From Camelus ferus (taxonomy: Eukaryota): a stretch of DNA of 64,000 bases. The notes under the pieces are model-generated. The model was not told the origin of the DNA. It ran no database searches and saw only the letters and a program-made list of their open reading frames with translations. Within the stretch, counting starts at the first letter, position 1; the number at the start of each line of letters is the position of its first letter. The stretch spans positions 64,854,001-64,918,000 of the forward strand of contig NC_045697.1 in NCBI RefSeq assembly GCF_009834535.1. Reading direction: 5' to 3'. Shown one piece after another: positions 38,601 through 52,409 of this stretch. The position numbers and the translations under genes are program-made.

Positions 38601-39919
38601 GAGTCATAGTTTATTTTAATCCCTGGGAGCATATTAATTCCAGACTGGTGTTTGTTGGCTTCACCTTGGAGGTGTGGAATATCAGAATTTTGCTCTGTAA
38701 AGCTGTGAAAGTGTTTACTCACCTAACTTGGTAAGTTAGACATATAACATGTCTTAACATTTTCTATCAATTAAGATCCTTTTATTTTTACTTCCTGAGA
38801 TGATTTTGTGTACATCAGAAGGGAGAATTTTTCTCCTTCAAGAGCATAGAGATTGGGGACCTTTATTAGCTCTGAAGGGTAAGGATTTGTCACCCTGTTT
38901 CACTGGTGATGACATGAACCGTTAATCATTTTTACTTTAGAATTTGATTAGTTTCCCATCCCAGCCCCCACATCCCAGTATATGTCAAGTTTACTTAATT
39001 CAACATTAAAAATAAAAACAAAAGCAGAATGGACTAGTAAAGGTGAATGCCACTTTTATTATTCTATGCTAGCCTCTGGTTGTGCAGGGGAGTTCGATTT
39101 GCCTATTTCATGAATGTACATTCCCGCAGCGGCCTTCAGCTGTTAATTTTTCAATCCGCTTATTTCAACGCAGCAAAAGCAGTCTTGGAAGAGATTGACT
39201 CAGTGTTGGGTTCTCTATTGTCTGTATTAGATTGTTGTCAGTTACTTATTACAGGATCTTATTGGATGGTCTTTGTCCTGCTGTATCACTTTCCTGGCAG
39301 AGGTACAGGGAATAAAAATCTCTATGACCAGGACCTTGGATTTGGATAGTTCAATTAGTTGTTCAGGAAGTCTATCAAAAATGTGACTCCTGGTCCCTGA
39401 ACTCTGGCATTTTCATTATTAGAGTGAAATGTTAGTGACAAATGAGGTATGATTGTCTGGACACCTCATCAGCCTGCTGGATTATGGCCTGAAGTTAAAG
39501 GGACGTTCTATAAAGGGCAAAGTTTTGATGGGGTTCTAAACATGTGACTCAAAACCAAAGCCCATAAAAAATGGGGAACATCGTATATTTGGGAACAGTA
39601 ATAAACTCTCGTAGTTCTCTGAAATTCCACAGTCAGAATCAAAGCTAAGTGTGAGTTTCAAGATGTTACACATTAAGGTTTAACATGAGTTTTCTTATTA
39701 GCTACGGTTGTAAATACAAGGAATATTTTAAGAAATTATTGACAACAGCTTAGGTATAATGATAGTAAAAAGCTTATCTAAATGTATTATGTTTAAATTT
39801 TCTGTGTAAAGCAGTGGTTAACAAATACTAATACTTGTTATTTTAATAAATTTCATATATTTGGATATACATCATCAAGGAAAGTTTGTGCCAAAGTATG
39901 TGTGTTCATATATTTACAC

Positions 39920-40658
39920 TACTGGTTCTCCATAGGAATGAAACTGCCCCCTAAGGGGCATATTGGTAGTCTGTGGGTTAATATTTGCTTATCAGGATGT
40001 GGAGGGTACTGTGAGCATATAGTGGGCAGAGATACTTGATAATCTGCAAAATAAAAAAGTCCTTCTGCCTACAGACCATATTCCCATGTTTTAATGACCA
40101 CTTGTACGTCAGGAAAACTTGTTTGATTATCTGGGCCTAGACTCTAATTGTATTTTACATGTAACTCCAAAGAGTATTCTGTATGGTTTAAATACAGTCT
40201 GACTTTCCATAATTACAACTAGTTTCTAAAGTTAGAGAAAATGGTACTACGTTTTGTTTTAAAATTTACAATAGCTGTTTTCCATTTTGTAAAATCGCAT
40301 TGCTAATGGCAATGCCAGTCATGGTTTTTAGTCACCAATTCAACATACTGTATCTTTCTTTCTTTGTAGCCATTACATTCACAGAGATTGTATGTACATT
40401 TATAAACATAGGGCTTCTTCATTTATAGAATACACAAAATTAAAAATTTAAATACTTATTTTTAATTTAATTTTTCTGAATTCTCCTGTATATATACGTT
40501 AGATAAGAAGTTATATTGAAAAAAAAAGGAAAAAAAAGTTATATTGAAAAATTTCATTCAGCTACATTACACCATCTATAAATTGGATTTCAGACAGTAA
40601 AAGTGATGAAAAGTATGCTGTGAAAGGGCTCTGAATCCTGTAGAATTGAGAATCATTG
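39920..40658 (+). mobile_element. MER20B-like hAT-Charlie non-autonomous DNA transposon, near full length
   Basis: TIRs TACTGGTTCTC / TTGAGAATCATTG. Internal GCCCCCTAAGGGGCAT, TTATCTGGGCCTAGA and GTCACCAATTCAACATACTGTATC match the recalled consensus. Weak 8-bp flanks ATTTACAC/ATTTATGT. Confidence 0.8.
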
Positions 40659-40864
40659 ATTTATGTATATGGAAAATCTGGCTGATTGACCATACAGCCA
40701 AATACAAATGCCGAATGTTTCCAAATTGTTGGAAAATTTCTTTGGCGTAAATATGTGTATTTTAAAGCAAGTTCCCGGCAAATTCAGACCTATTAATGGG
40801 CAGCAAAATTTTGAGATGAAGGCATGAAAATAAATCCTGAAGTCAGCATAATAAATTTTCTTTA

Positions 40865-41150
40865 AGTAATTCAAATGCATATGTATTAAATGCCTCATTA
40901 TGCAAGACACTTTGCAAAATGCTGGGGAGACAAAGACGAATATGAAATAATTCACTTTTCCAGGGAGTGTATATTCTAGAGGGAGGTACAGACAAATACC
41001 TAAGGAATGTTAATGCAATGTATATCTAATAGAGTTATTTTTACAGTTCTATAATAGATTGAAAGAGGGACTTGAGAAAGAACCTGGTACAAGACATACT
41101 TTGAAAGCTAGGTAGAGGCTTATGTTGTGGAAAGCCTTAAATACTGTACA
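40865..41150 (-). mobile_element. L2 LINE relic
   Basis: ATTCAAATGCATATGTATTAAATGCCTCATTATGCAAGACACT...GGGGAGACAAAGACGAAT...ATTCTAGAGGGAG. Confidence 0.6.
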
Positions 41151-41879
41151 AAAATAATGTCATAAGAACAGAGAGATAAAAATAAAATGCTATTTAAAAA
41201 AAGCAAATAACAGCAAGAAAACTTAAGTCAGCTGTTTCTGTCTTTGAAGGAATCTGACTCTGTTGTAGAAGAACACTTGCTGCTCCCTGATGGGTTTCTT
41301 GGAGGATTTAGATGTTGCACTCAGTGAGAAAAAGAAAAATCAGAATGCCTCTGCATAATTAAACAAATGTGAAATTCCAAGGAGACCACTAGAGAGAAAA
41401 AAACAGGGAGATAAGAACAAATGGGGGAAGGTAGGTAGATATGATACTGGTTTTGGCAATGTGGGAGAGAGGAGACCACAGGAAGCAAACAGGAAATTTA
41501 AGAGATCATGGAATTGGAGAGAAAGGTATCCATGAATATATAATTCTGTGGGAGTCTACAGAACTCCAGGAAAACACTGGACTTTCCACAGTTTTTGAAA
41601 AGGGAATGGAAGCAATTTTATTTAAATTGTGAAGAAAGAATAATTGCCAATATGAAGAATTCAGCGTATTCAGCAAAATCAATATAATGATTAGGTTGCA
41701 GGCTATGAGTCCTTTTTTACATATCTGAAAAGCTCAGTTATCCCCTCCTCAAACAATCATGGACTAATCCTTTTTTAAAATAGAAAATATTGTGCCTCGA
41801 TGTCACAGGAATGCAAATATTTCCATTTCTGTACTTTTCTCCTAGAGAGATGGTGGTGTCCTATTTGTAGACCACTGCT

Positions 41880-42560
41880 GGTTCAGAGGCTATACTTTGA
41901 ATAGCAGTGCTCTGGAATTGGGCAGCATGGGACTGCATCTTAGCTCTCACATAATATTATGAACTTGTGAAAAAATTTCTCTGTCACTTCATTTTCTAAT
42001 CTGCAGTAAAAATGGTATCTGCCTCATTTTTTGGGTAAGAAATGTGAAACTATCACAATATTGGTTCTCCATTTCTTCTTTAAAATCAAAATGCTGATTT
42101 TTGGTTGGATACCTAGAAGAAAGTTTACTTTTCTCAGACTTTTTAGCTAATCTTTGCCGTATGCACCTGGGTTCTGGACAGTGTCTTTTAAGAGGAAATA
42201 TCCTGTGCAACATCTAGATTGTACCTTCCAGTGTTATTTCTGTCCAGATGGAATGAAGATCTGGTATTTGGTACTTTTGGGGCCTGAGGTAGAACTTACA
42301 TACTAAAGTTGGCAGGTCACCAAAATAGAAAGGAAGGGAGTCCTTTATACTGTGGACCATTATACCAGCCCTGGAGTGTCTACCTTCTGGATACTTCTAA
42401 GATAGAGAGAAGTAAAATTCCATCTTATTTAAGTTATTTTAGATTTTCTATCACATACAAAATAACCAAACTCCAGCTGATCAATGAATAAATGAGAAAA
42501 GACTTGTAAAGCAGTGTTTGATATATAGAAGACACTCAGTAAACATTAATATTAATTATT
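41880..42560 (+). mobile_element. MIR interrupted by a MaLR LTR (MLT1J/H-like, ~42042-42483)
   Basis: MIR 5' half runs to ~42040 and its 3' half resumes at ~42490. The insert ends ACCAGCCCTGGAGTGTCTACCTTCTGGA...GAGAGAAGTAAAATTCCATCTTATTTAAG, a typical MLT1 3' end. Confidence 0.65.
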
Positions 42561-43189
42561 AAATAAGTATAGTGAAATTCATTTATTCAGTAAATATTTA
42601 ATAACAATCTTCTGTGTGCCATTCTGTTTTGTAATGGTGACACAAAGATGATTAAGTTAAATTATCTTCACATCAGAAGTTATTGTCTTGAAGTTGCAAT
42701 GTATAGTAAATCATTAACAGTATTTTTCAAGTGTTTTTTAAAGTGTAGAGTAGACATACCACAGTAGCATTACCTAATTAATAGGAAAATCAGGTAGGTT
42801 TAAATGTCTGGCAAATAGTTTCTTAATAAAAGTCGCCATTGTGAGGTTTTACAAAAATAGTAATGATAAAGAGTCAATCCTCTAGGACTAGTTATTATTT
42901 GTGATCTCTAATATGTTTTCTGTAATTTGCATTTTCCCTAGAGATTCAAAAAATCAAATTTTCCAAGGTAATTCCATTATCAAAGTTTATGTCTGTTTAT
43001 ATTTTGTGTCATACTTACCATTTATACTTCGTACCATTTCTAAATACAAAGTTATTTGGGAGAATTGCATAGGTAAAGGCATTCCATAGTTAAAAACTTT
43101 AAATGAAGAATGTGTTCAGGTCTTTTAGAGAAGTATTAGCAGAAATCCATTCTTTATTGTTTATTAAGTCAGCTGCTAGGTGGACCTAC

Positions 43190-43706
43190 GTAATTAGCCT
43201 AATATGTTATCTGATCAGTGTCCCATAAGGCTGAGATCAAGGTGTTGTCTGGCCATGTACTGATCTGCAGACTTCACTAAGTAAAGATGTACTGCCGTGC
43301 TTCTTCAAGATATTGGCAGAATTTGTTTTCTTGCAGTGGATGGACTGAGGTCCTCATTTTCTTGCTAGCTGTCAACCAAAAGCTGCTCTCAGAAGCTATA
43401 GGCCACTTTGAGGGCTTTACTCTGAAGCCCTCTACATTTCAGTGATGGAGAAACTCTCTCTTAACAAATTTCTCTGTGTCTTCAAATGTCTGAATCCTTC
43501 TACTACCAGCCAGAGAAAACTGCTTTTAAAGAATTCATATGATTAGCTTATGTCAGCCTAGATAATCTTCTTGACTTAAATTCAGCTGATTAGTGATCTT
43601 AATGACATCTGCAGTATCTCTTTTTCTATATGAGGTAACATAGTCATAGAAGTAACAATAGAGGATTGCATTGGTTATGGGTGCCCTGTTTGAATTCAGC
43701 CTACAA
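43190..43706 (-). mobile_element. MaLR LTR (MLT1D/E-like)
   Basis: AGGCTGAGATCAAGGTGTTG...TTGGCAGAATTTGTTTTCTTGCAG...GGACTGAGGTCCTCATTTTCTTGCTAGCTGTCA...GAATTCAGCCTAC. Confidence 0.8.
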
Positions 43707-44948
43707 ATTAAACTTATCAAAGTGAAAATCAATTCATAAATTATCAAAAGTACAAAGGCTTCTGAGTGAATTTTTTATATTTTAAAAAGCTCTTCTTTGA
43801 ATGTGGTACTATGGTCAAAATCATACTGGCTATTTTTATTTTAATGGGTTTGTGTATTTTATATTATGGATGGTTATTTTTTAAGGTCATCTTTGAAGGT
43901 ATTTTCTTTCATTTAGTTGTGTTTTTATGCTATCATTTCTTTTAAATATTATTGAAGTTATTTATCATTTAATGAACAATTAGAAAGCTTAGTTTAATTT
44001 TTCCAATAAATTATTAAAGTGGCATGATGTGTTGACATTATTTCTAAGAATATGCATTTATATCACATTAGCAATTTTACTAGTTGATGCCATAGTAGCA
44101 TTCCAATTTGACACTTGTTATCCTTTATATTAACAATTATAGTTTTAAAGCCAAATCCAGTACATAAGCACTCACCATATCCATATATGGTTTATGGAAC
44201 ATTACAACTTGAAATATATTTGAGACTCTATCTTAGGGAGAATGTTTAGGTGTCATTTATTTACAAATACATTTTAAAATAATAATTCACTTTATTGACT
44301 GATAGTGCCATAATTTACATTTTTCTCCTATTATCTTATTTAATATGTTGATATGTTAAATAAAATGTGTGAATATAACAATGTGATTGCATTGTATAAT
44401 TATTACTACATTTGTGTTTGTTATAAGTTCCTTCAGGTAATGTGCATGAATATTATTTAGATTCACATGAAGTAACCATATGTGTTCTATTTGAATAGTA
44501 AAAGTAAATGTTAAATATTTGAGATCCAGCTTTTGTGTAGGATCACTCAGAGTCAGAAGAATGCTAAAAAATCATACCTAGATGTGATGTATTACACTGA
44601 TTGATTTGTGTATGTTGAACCACCCTTGTGTCTCTGGGGTGAACTCCACTTGATCATGATGTATAATCTTTTATGTGCTGTTGGATTCTATTTGCTAATA
44701 ATTTGGTAAGGATTTTTGCATCTATGTTCATCAGTGATATTGGTCTGTAATTCTCTATTTTGGTAGTGTCTTTGCCTGGTCTTGGTATCAGAGTGATGGT
44801 GGTTTCATAGAATAAGTCTAGGAGTTTTCCCTCCTTTTCAATCTTCTGGAAGAGTTTGAGAAGGACTGGTATGAGTTCTTTGTATGTTTGGTAGAATCCC
44901 CCAGTGATGCCATCTGGTCCTGGACTCTTATTTGTAGGGAGTTTTTTT

Positions 44949-45034
44949 ATTTTTTAACTTTTTTTTTTTTATTATTGAGTTATAGTCATTTTTACAAAGT
45001 TGTGCCAAATTCCAGTGTAGAGCACAATTTTTCA
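44949..45034 (-). mobile_element. ~85-bp L1 3'-terminal tail nested within the inverted L1
   Basis: Poly-T...GTTGTGCCAAATTCCAGTGTAGAGCACAATTTTTC matches the 3' tips at ~48110-48150 and ~56380-56420. Flanked by TGTAGGGAGTTTTTTT / TGTAGGAAGGTTTTTTTT. Confidence 0.88.
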
Positions 45035-45767
45035 TGTAGGAAGGTTTTTTTTATTGCTAATTCGACTTCATTTCTAGTGATCAGTTTGTTCCAAGTGGTC
45101 AGTTTATTCTTGATTCACTCTTGGTTGGCTGTATGTTTCAGGAAACTTTTACATCTCCTCTAGGTTATCCATTTTGGTTCCATATAGTTTTTCATAATAT
45201 TCTCATATAATATTCTGAAATATTATGAAATATATATATAAAATATATATTTTATAATATATTTATATTATAAAATAACATATTACAACAATATGTTATT
45301 TGTTGTAATTTCTCCATTTTCTTTTCTTATTTTACTTATTTATGCTCTTTTTTCTTATTTGTGAACTTGGCCAGAGGTTTGTTGATTTTATTTACTTTTT
45401 CAAAAAACCAGCTTTTGGTTCGATTGATTTTTTTCTATTGTTTTTTTTTTTTAATCTCTATTTTATTTATTTCCTCCTTGATCTTTATTATTTCCTTCCT
45501 TCTGCTGACTTTTGAGTTTTTTTGCTCTTCTTTTTCTAATTCTTTTAGCTGCTGGGTTAGGTTGTTTATTTGAGATTGTTCTTCTTTTTTGAGGAAGACC
45601 TGTATTGCTATAAACTTCCCTCTTAGCACTGCCTTTGCTGAGTCCCATAAATTTGGTGTGGTTCTCTTTTCATTTTCATTAGTCTCAAGGAATTTTTTAA
45701 TTTCAACTTTGATTTTATCATTGACCCACTGTTTTTTTAATAGCATGGTGTTTAATCTCCATGCTTT

Positions 45768-47830
45768 CACATCAACAAGAGAAAGGACAAAAACCACATG
45801 ATCATCTCAATAGATGCAGAAAAAGCATTTGATAAAATTCAACACCCCATTTATAAATACTCTCACCAAAGTGGGTATAGAGGGAACATACCTCAACATA
45901 ATAAAAGCTATATATGACAAACCTACAGCCAGCATAGTACTCAATGGTGAAAAACTCAAAAGCTTCCCACTAAAATCTGGGACAAGACAAGGATGCCCAC
46001 TATCACCACTCCTATTCAACATCGTCTTGGAAGTCCTAGCCACAGCAGTCAGGCAAGAGAGAGAAATAAAAGGGATCCAAATTGGAAAAGAAGAGGTAAA
46101 AGTGTCACTATATGCTGATGACATGATACTATATATGGAAAACCCTAAAAGGTCCACATGAAAACTACCAGAGCTGATTGAAGAATTCAGCAAGGTAGCA
46201 GATTACAAGATTAATGTTCAAAAATCAGTTGCATTTCTTTACACTAATGATGAATCGACAGAAAAAGAAGGTAAAGAAACAATCCCCTTTAAAATAATAC
46301 CCAAAGTAATAAAATACCTAGGAATAAATTAAACCAAGGAGGTTAAAGACTTATACACGGAAAACTATAAACCGTTGATGAAGGAAATTAAAGAAGAGTT
46401 TAAAAAATGGAAAGATATCCCATGCTCCTGAATTGGAAGAATTAATATTGTTAAAATGGTCACACTGCCCAAGGCAATCTACAGATTTAATGCAATCCCT
46501 ATCTAATTACTCAGGACATATTTCACAGAACTAGAACAAATTATAATAAAAGTTATATGGAACCACAAAAGACCTAGAATGGCCAAAGCATTACTGAAGA
46601 GAAAGAAAGAGGCTGGAGGAATAACTCTCCCAGACTTCAGACAATACTATAGAGCTACAGTCATCAAGACAGCATGGTATTGGTACGAAAACAGACATAC
46701 GGACCAATGGAACAGAATAGAGAGCCCAGAAATGAACCCACAAACTTTTGGTCAACTAATCTTCGACAAAGGAGGCAAGAATATACAATGGAACAAAGAC
46801 AATCTCTTCAGCAAATGGTGTTGGGAAAACTGGACAGCAGCATGTAAAGCAATGAAGCTACAACACTCCCTTACACCATACACAAAAAATAAAGTCAAAA
46901 TGGACTAAGGACTTAAACATAAGACAAGATATAATAAACCTCCTTGAAGAAAATATAGGCAAAACATTATCTGACATACATCTCAAAAATGTTCTCCTAG
47001 GACAGTCTACCCAAGCAATAGAAATAAAAGCAAGAATAAACAAATGGGACCTAATGAAATGTACACACTTCTGCACAGCAAAGGAAACCATAAGTAAAAC
47101 AAAAAGACAACCTGTGGAATGGGAGAAAATTTTTGCAAACAATGAAACCGACAAAGGCTTGATCTCCAGAATATATAAGCAGCTCATATGACTTAATAAG
47201 AAACAAACAAACAACCCAATCAAAAAATGGGCAAAAGACCCAAACAAGCAATTCTCCAAGGAAGACATATAAATGATCAATAGGCACATGAAAAAAATGC
47301 TGAATATCACTAATTATCAGAGAAATGCAAATCAAAACTACAATGAGATATCACCTAACACCAGTCAGAATGGCCATCATTCAAAAGTCCACTAATAACA
47401 AATGCCGGAGAGGCTGTGGAGAAAAGGGAACCCTCCTACACTGCTGGTGGGAATGCAGTTTGGTGCAACCACTGTGGAAAACAGTATGGAGATTCCTCAA
47501 AAGACTAGGAATAGACTTACCATGTAACCCAGGAATCCCGCTCCTGAGCATATATCCAGAAGGAACCCTATTGCAGGATGACACCTGCACACCGATGTTC
47601 ATAGCAGCACTATTACAACAGCCAAGACATGGAGATAGCCTAAATGTCCATCAACAGATGACTGGATAAAGAAGATGTGGTATATTTATACAATGGAATA
47701 CTACCCAGCCATAAAAACCGACAACAGAAAGCCATTTACAGCAACATGGATGCTCCTGGAGAATGTCATTCTATGTGAAGTAAGCCAGAAAGAGAAAGAA
47801 AAATACCATATGAGATCGCTCATATGTGGA
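45768..47830 (+). pseudogene. Disrupted L1 ORF2 (RT domain through the cysteine-rich C-terminus)
   Basis: [21 protein letters not shown] and [10 protein letters not shown] (RT YADD motif) in 45814-46161. [23 protein letters not shown] in 46579-46908. [18 protein letters not shown] in 47325-47669. Stops and frameshifts break the frame. Confidence 0.93.
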
Positions 47831-50800
47831 ATTTAAAAAAAAAGAAAAGAAAAGGGAAAGAACATAAATACAAAACAGAAACAGTCTTACAGACATAGAA
47901 TACAAACTTGTGGTTGCCAAGGGGGCGGAGGGTGGGAAGGGACAGACTGGGATTTCAAAATTTGTAGATACTGACAGGCATATGCAAAATAGATAAACAA
48001 GATTATACTGTATAGCACAAGGTAATATATACAAGATTTTGTGGTAGCTCACAGCGAAAAAAAATGTGACAATGAATATATCTATGTTCATGTATGGCTG
48101 AAAAATTGTGCTCTACACTGGAATTTGACACAACATTGTAAGATGACTATAACATTAAAAAAATGTAAAAAATCATACGAAAGTTGTTACTGAGTACACT
48201 TTGATTTGCCCTTTTTCTGAAAAAGTTTGGATAGTTTTTTGTTTTTACATATTTTTTCTTTTTATTATGTACAATAGTGTATTAAAAGTCAAATATCCTA
48301 ACTTGCAAAGGAATGGCAAATATTTCACTGGTTATTAAGATTTCTGTCTCTGGGTTGGCTGTAACCAAAAATGTAGATATATTTAGATACATGGAAAACA
48401 TTTTGGGGAGTTCTAGAAATTGGTTCTTGGCTAGCCTACTAAAACACCAATAAATTAAACTTGTGGCTATAATAAAACAGTTAACTTTTCTTAGTTTATG
48501 TTAAGCTAAATAGTAGATATTAAGAAAGAAATGCATTTTTGTGGAAACTGGTATAAAATGAAATCCTTTAATGGCTTTCTACTTGAGATGTTTTCTGTCA
48601 TTAGACATCTTAGCAGAATCAAATGAATCCTTTATAAAATCTTCAACCATTTATTCCCTATTAAATTGGCAAACACATGTAAATGACATAGTCATTAGCA
48701 TGGGTGAGTAGGTCATAACTCTGCATTTTCACATTAGTGGATTGAGTCATATTTGAATTCACTAAATGAATGCAACACATTTTCTTTCTCTAGTCAGAAA
48801 TTCAATAATGGTTTTTAAGATTGTTCCATATAAATTAGATCCCTCAATTACTTTCTTTTACCTTACCCTTTGACCTTATACAAAGAGTTTTATTCTTTTA
48901 GCCAATTTACTCACTGAAAAGGACGAGACAGAGGAAGTTTTGCGTTTTTACATGCCCATGATATTATTAGCAGGAATACTGTGCATTAATGCAAAGTTGA
49001 CTGGCCCTACAGTGGCCATGTGCCCTGCCTTCAAAGGCTTTGAGATGTTGTAATTATGAAATAAGGCATTGAATAGTAAATTTGAATTGCGTATTATAGA
49101 GGAAAATTGAATGCTTTGATGAAATAAGACCCACTCTTCCCCTCTTTCAATTTTTGTTCACTGAATGATCATTTTCATGGTCATTTAGTTATAAATGAAA
49201 GCTTGTTCAGCTATCTTTGTGCTTTGTTTGGTGTTTCAAACAGCCCTAGCATCATCCTATGTTAATCTGACATTACAGGATTACATAGGAAGCTGCTTCA
49301 GTGGTTTGCTCTCATGAATAAATCCCAGTATAACACATTGGGTCAGTTCATCTTTTTTTGCCTCAGAGAAAATGATTTGTGTTGTTCATATTTACTGACC
49401 TAAAAGTTTAAAATGGTCTGGGAGTCTTGGATATTTTTCATACATTAAGGTCACAGTTTTATGCCTCATTGTGTCATGTTGTTTTCTATTCTGACTTGAT
49501 AGTAATATCAGCATAGCAGTCAGTACATCCAGAGCAAAAGTGAACATGAAGAGATGGAGCAGATCATAAATTTTTATTACTTTTGTGGTAATTAGCACCA
49601 TGACGTAGCTCTTAAACTTTTCACAGGATGCTCTTCTATTATGTCTTGGGCACCCAAACGCAATGTCTGGAGCACAGTGGACGCTTAGAAAGCAGTGGTT
49701 GAATTCATGATAATATGAATGAGGAGAGAATAAAGGGAAGACAAGGTGGAAAGCTGTCTCCCTTCTTTAAGGGTATTTGAACATGCCCTGAGAAGTCCTC
49801 ACGTGCTTTCTGTGCTGAAGCTATCTCAAAACAGCATAGATGCAGAGCAGGGTAGAAAACAGTCAGCTTCTTCCTGCACCCTAAGGCCACTTGTATTTCA
49901 AAGCAAGATGAAGTCTTTATGACCCAGAAATTCTTGACAACAGAGCAAAAAAAAATTGAAACAATAATGACAGACTATAGGTAGGTAGATAGAGCAGAGC
50001 AGACTGGTAGCTGCCTGGCAAAGTGAGAAAAGCGGTTTGTGATAACATACAAAGCATATTTAATCCACTAGTCCATTTAACTGAAAGCATCATATGGACC
50101 TTAATGATTTGTTAGAATTTATTCAGTTAATGAATTTTAAAGTAAACATAGTGTGTCTATATGTAAAATAAATGAAGCATACATTTTTGGTTAATGTAAC
50201 AAATACATTTTAGATCAAATGTGTTCACTTAAAGTCTTGGATACAACTGTATTAAAATTAATATACGGTTGTCATAAGGCAAACTGTATTAGCTTGATCA
50301 GTTGAACTATGAGAAAATGTTTTACTGAATAAGAGCTAATTAAAACAAGTTAACCTATAAGATCTCACAGTTCATTTATTCACGTATTTCCACATACTGC
50401 TACTATGCTCCAGATATTACAATGGCTTTCAAGGAAATAAGGACATCCCAAATTATTTATGTGACAAATAACATAAACAGTTTATAAAACATGGATTGTA
50501 ATTAGTGATCATATTTTAACACAACTAGATTAAAAATTATAAATACAATACTCTTTTCAAATTGTAACTATTATTATTATTAATGTTATTATTAGTTCTT
50601 AGTTGAACATTCACAGTACTGAAAATACAAGAATAAAAGAATGTAAACGTTTATGGTGAAATTTCAAAATGTAAAGATTATGTGAATTATTAAAGTGAAA
50701 ATTAAACTAACAATTAACTATAATAATATTTTACCACTTTATTTTTAAAGTAACTCATGTGACTCTTTCCTCTGCAAATGTACTCTCTTAAGTTTGGTTC

Positions 50801-52409
50801 TGTAATATATATACAATCAATGCCACAACTATAGATAATGGGAAGACACTAATGACTGACCCCATCATCCCTTTCAGTTTTTAAAATTTGAACGAAAATA
50901 AAGTTTAGGAGATACCCATATTGTTGTAATTATTTTAGGAACATGACTTTTATTTAGTTTGTTTAATTCACTGGTATTGATTAAATTGGAATTTAAAATA
51001 TTGTATTGAAATATGCTGAGTTAAAGTGCTTTTACTTTAAGAAAATTTTCAGTAAAACATTTTGGGTAGCTTGTATTAGCCACAGTTTGAAATGTTGGTG
51101 ATGAACAGCTAAAATTTGTGCATGTGTCAAACTTGTGTTTGATAATTGCATATGTTGTCGTATGAGAGGTGCTTGATGTATCAGCATTTGAACAAGAATA
51201 ATGAAGAATAAAAAGTCCTTATAAAAAGTAGGATTTTTTGAACCATTCACTTAATCATCTGTCTTGTGCCTACATCTCAGAAACTTGACAGAAATATGTC
51301 TCTTTTTATAAAACTTAAAATAGCCATTCCTGTCTTTAAAATCCATTCATCGTGTACTTTGAGGCATTCAGTAGCTACTTCTATATTTTAAAAAGAAACA
51401 TTAGCCTCTCAGAATTGCTGTTGCTTGTAGAATTACAGTCTATTATAATAAAATTGTTCATATAAAGAAGAGTGGTCAGGATGTGACCACTTTTCCATGG
51501 TGCTGCTAATGTAAGAAATACAGGAGATGGTCCAAAGTCCTCTACAAACTGCTTATTTCATGTAGTACTAGTACCTTAAAAATCACTCTGGCCTTTGTCC
51601 CAGACTTTAAAATCATGTTTGTGATCCCAGTTAAATAAGCAGATTCAAAATAGCTATTAAAATTGCAATTATGGATACTTAAGATAAATTATTTTATGTA
51701 TTAAATATCCATAGGGTCTCTCTCTTTTTCTTTTTACCTGTTGTGAAATTTATGTATTCTTCATTCCAAACCAGGCTCACTCCATTTCAGTGATACAGCA
51801 AACGTCTTTAAATGTGTATGAGAGGGTTCCTCAGTTAAAATTAATTTGATACTCAAATGGGGCACAGCACTGTAAGACATTCTTACTTGAAGTAAGATTA
51901 CAAAACATTGTAAAACACTGTAAAATATTATTCAGGAATATTTTAAAAGGCAGTGCAGTCTGTTGACAAGGTAAGTGGCATACAGTATATATGTGTTAAG
52001 CAGAGCCTGGTCTAAGAAAAAAAACATTTCCATGCTACAGATCTCCTTTTTTGCCACTCTCTTCCCATCCCTCATCCTCCACTTCCCACTCTCCAATGTA
52101 GTTACATGCCCTCCTTTTACAATTCTAGAGATCCTAAATGCTCCTGTGCTGGCATTTGGCTACCCTACTTTGTTCACTTCACTCCTGTTCTTGGACTGAA
52201 TGACATTTTAACACCCCATTTTAAAAAACATAACAATTGGACTCCATAGTTAGAATCTATGCTCCTTAAATGCAGGGGGCCTCTTAAGGGACAGGATTTC
52301 TAGCCTCCATTCCATAGACTTACCAAATATAAAATTGTATGGCTACTATTCTTTTTCTGTGTCAGTACTGCCTTGGTTTTAGCAATGTATCATAATATTT
52401 AAGGGCAAA

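Larger units (their letters stand above)
44578..48166 (+). mobile_element. 5'-inverted (twin-primed) young L1: antisense segment 44581-45767 plus sense segment 45768-48166
   Basis: Perfect TSD AAAAAATCATAC (44566-44577 / 48167-48178). Minus-strand ORF2 peptide NLWDSAKAVLRGKFIAIQ; plus-strand RT and C-terminal ORF2 peptides; 3'UTR present. Confidence 0.95.

Noticed and set aside
46858..47310. 150-aa minus-strand ORF and similar ones (45807-46193, 57589-57969, 25205-25474)
   Set aside because: Antisense shadows of L1 ORF1 or ORF2.
51775..51976. Perfect donor AAG|GTAAGT at 51970 with upstream AG acceptors
   Set aside because: All three frames from the better acceptor (51774) contain stops and the nearer acceptor lacks a polypyrimidine tract. 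A non-coding exon cannot be excluded.
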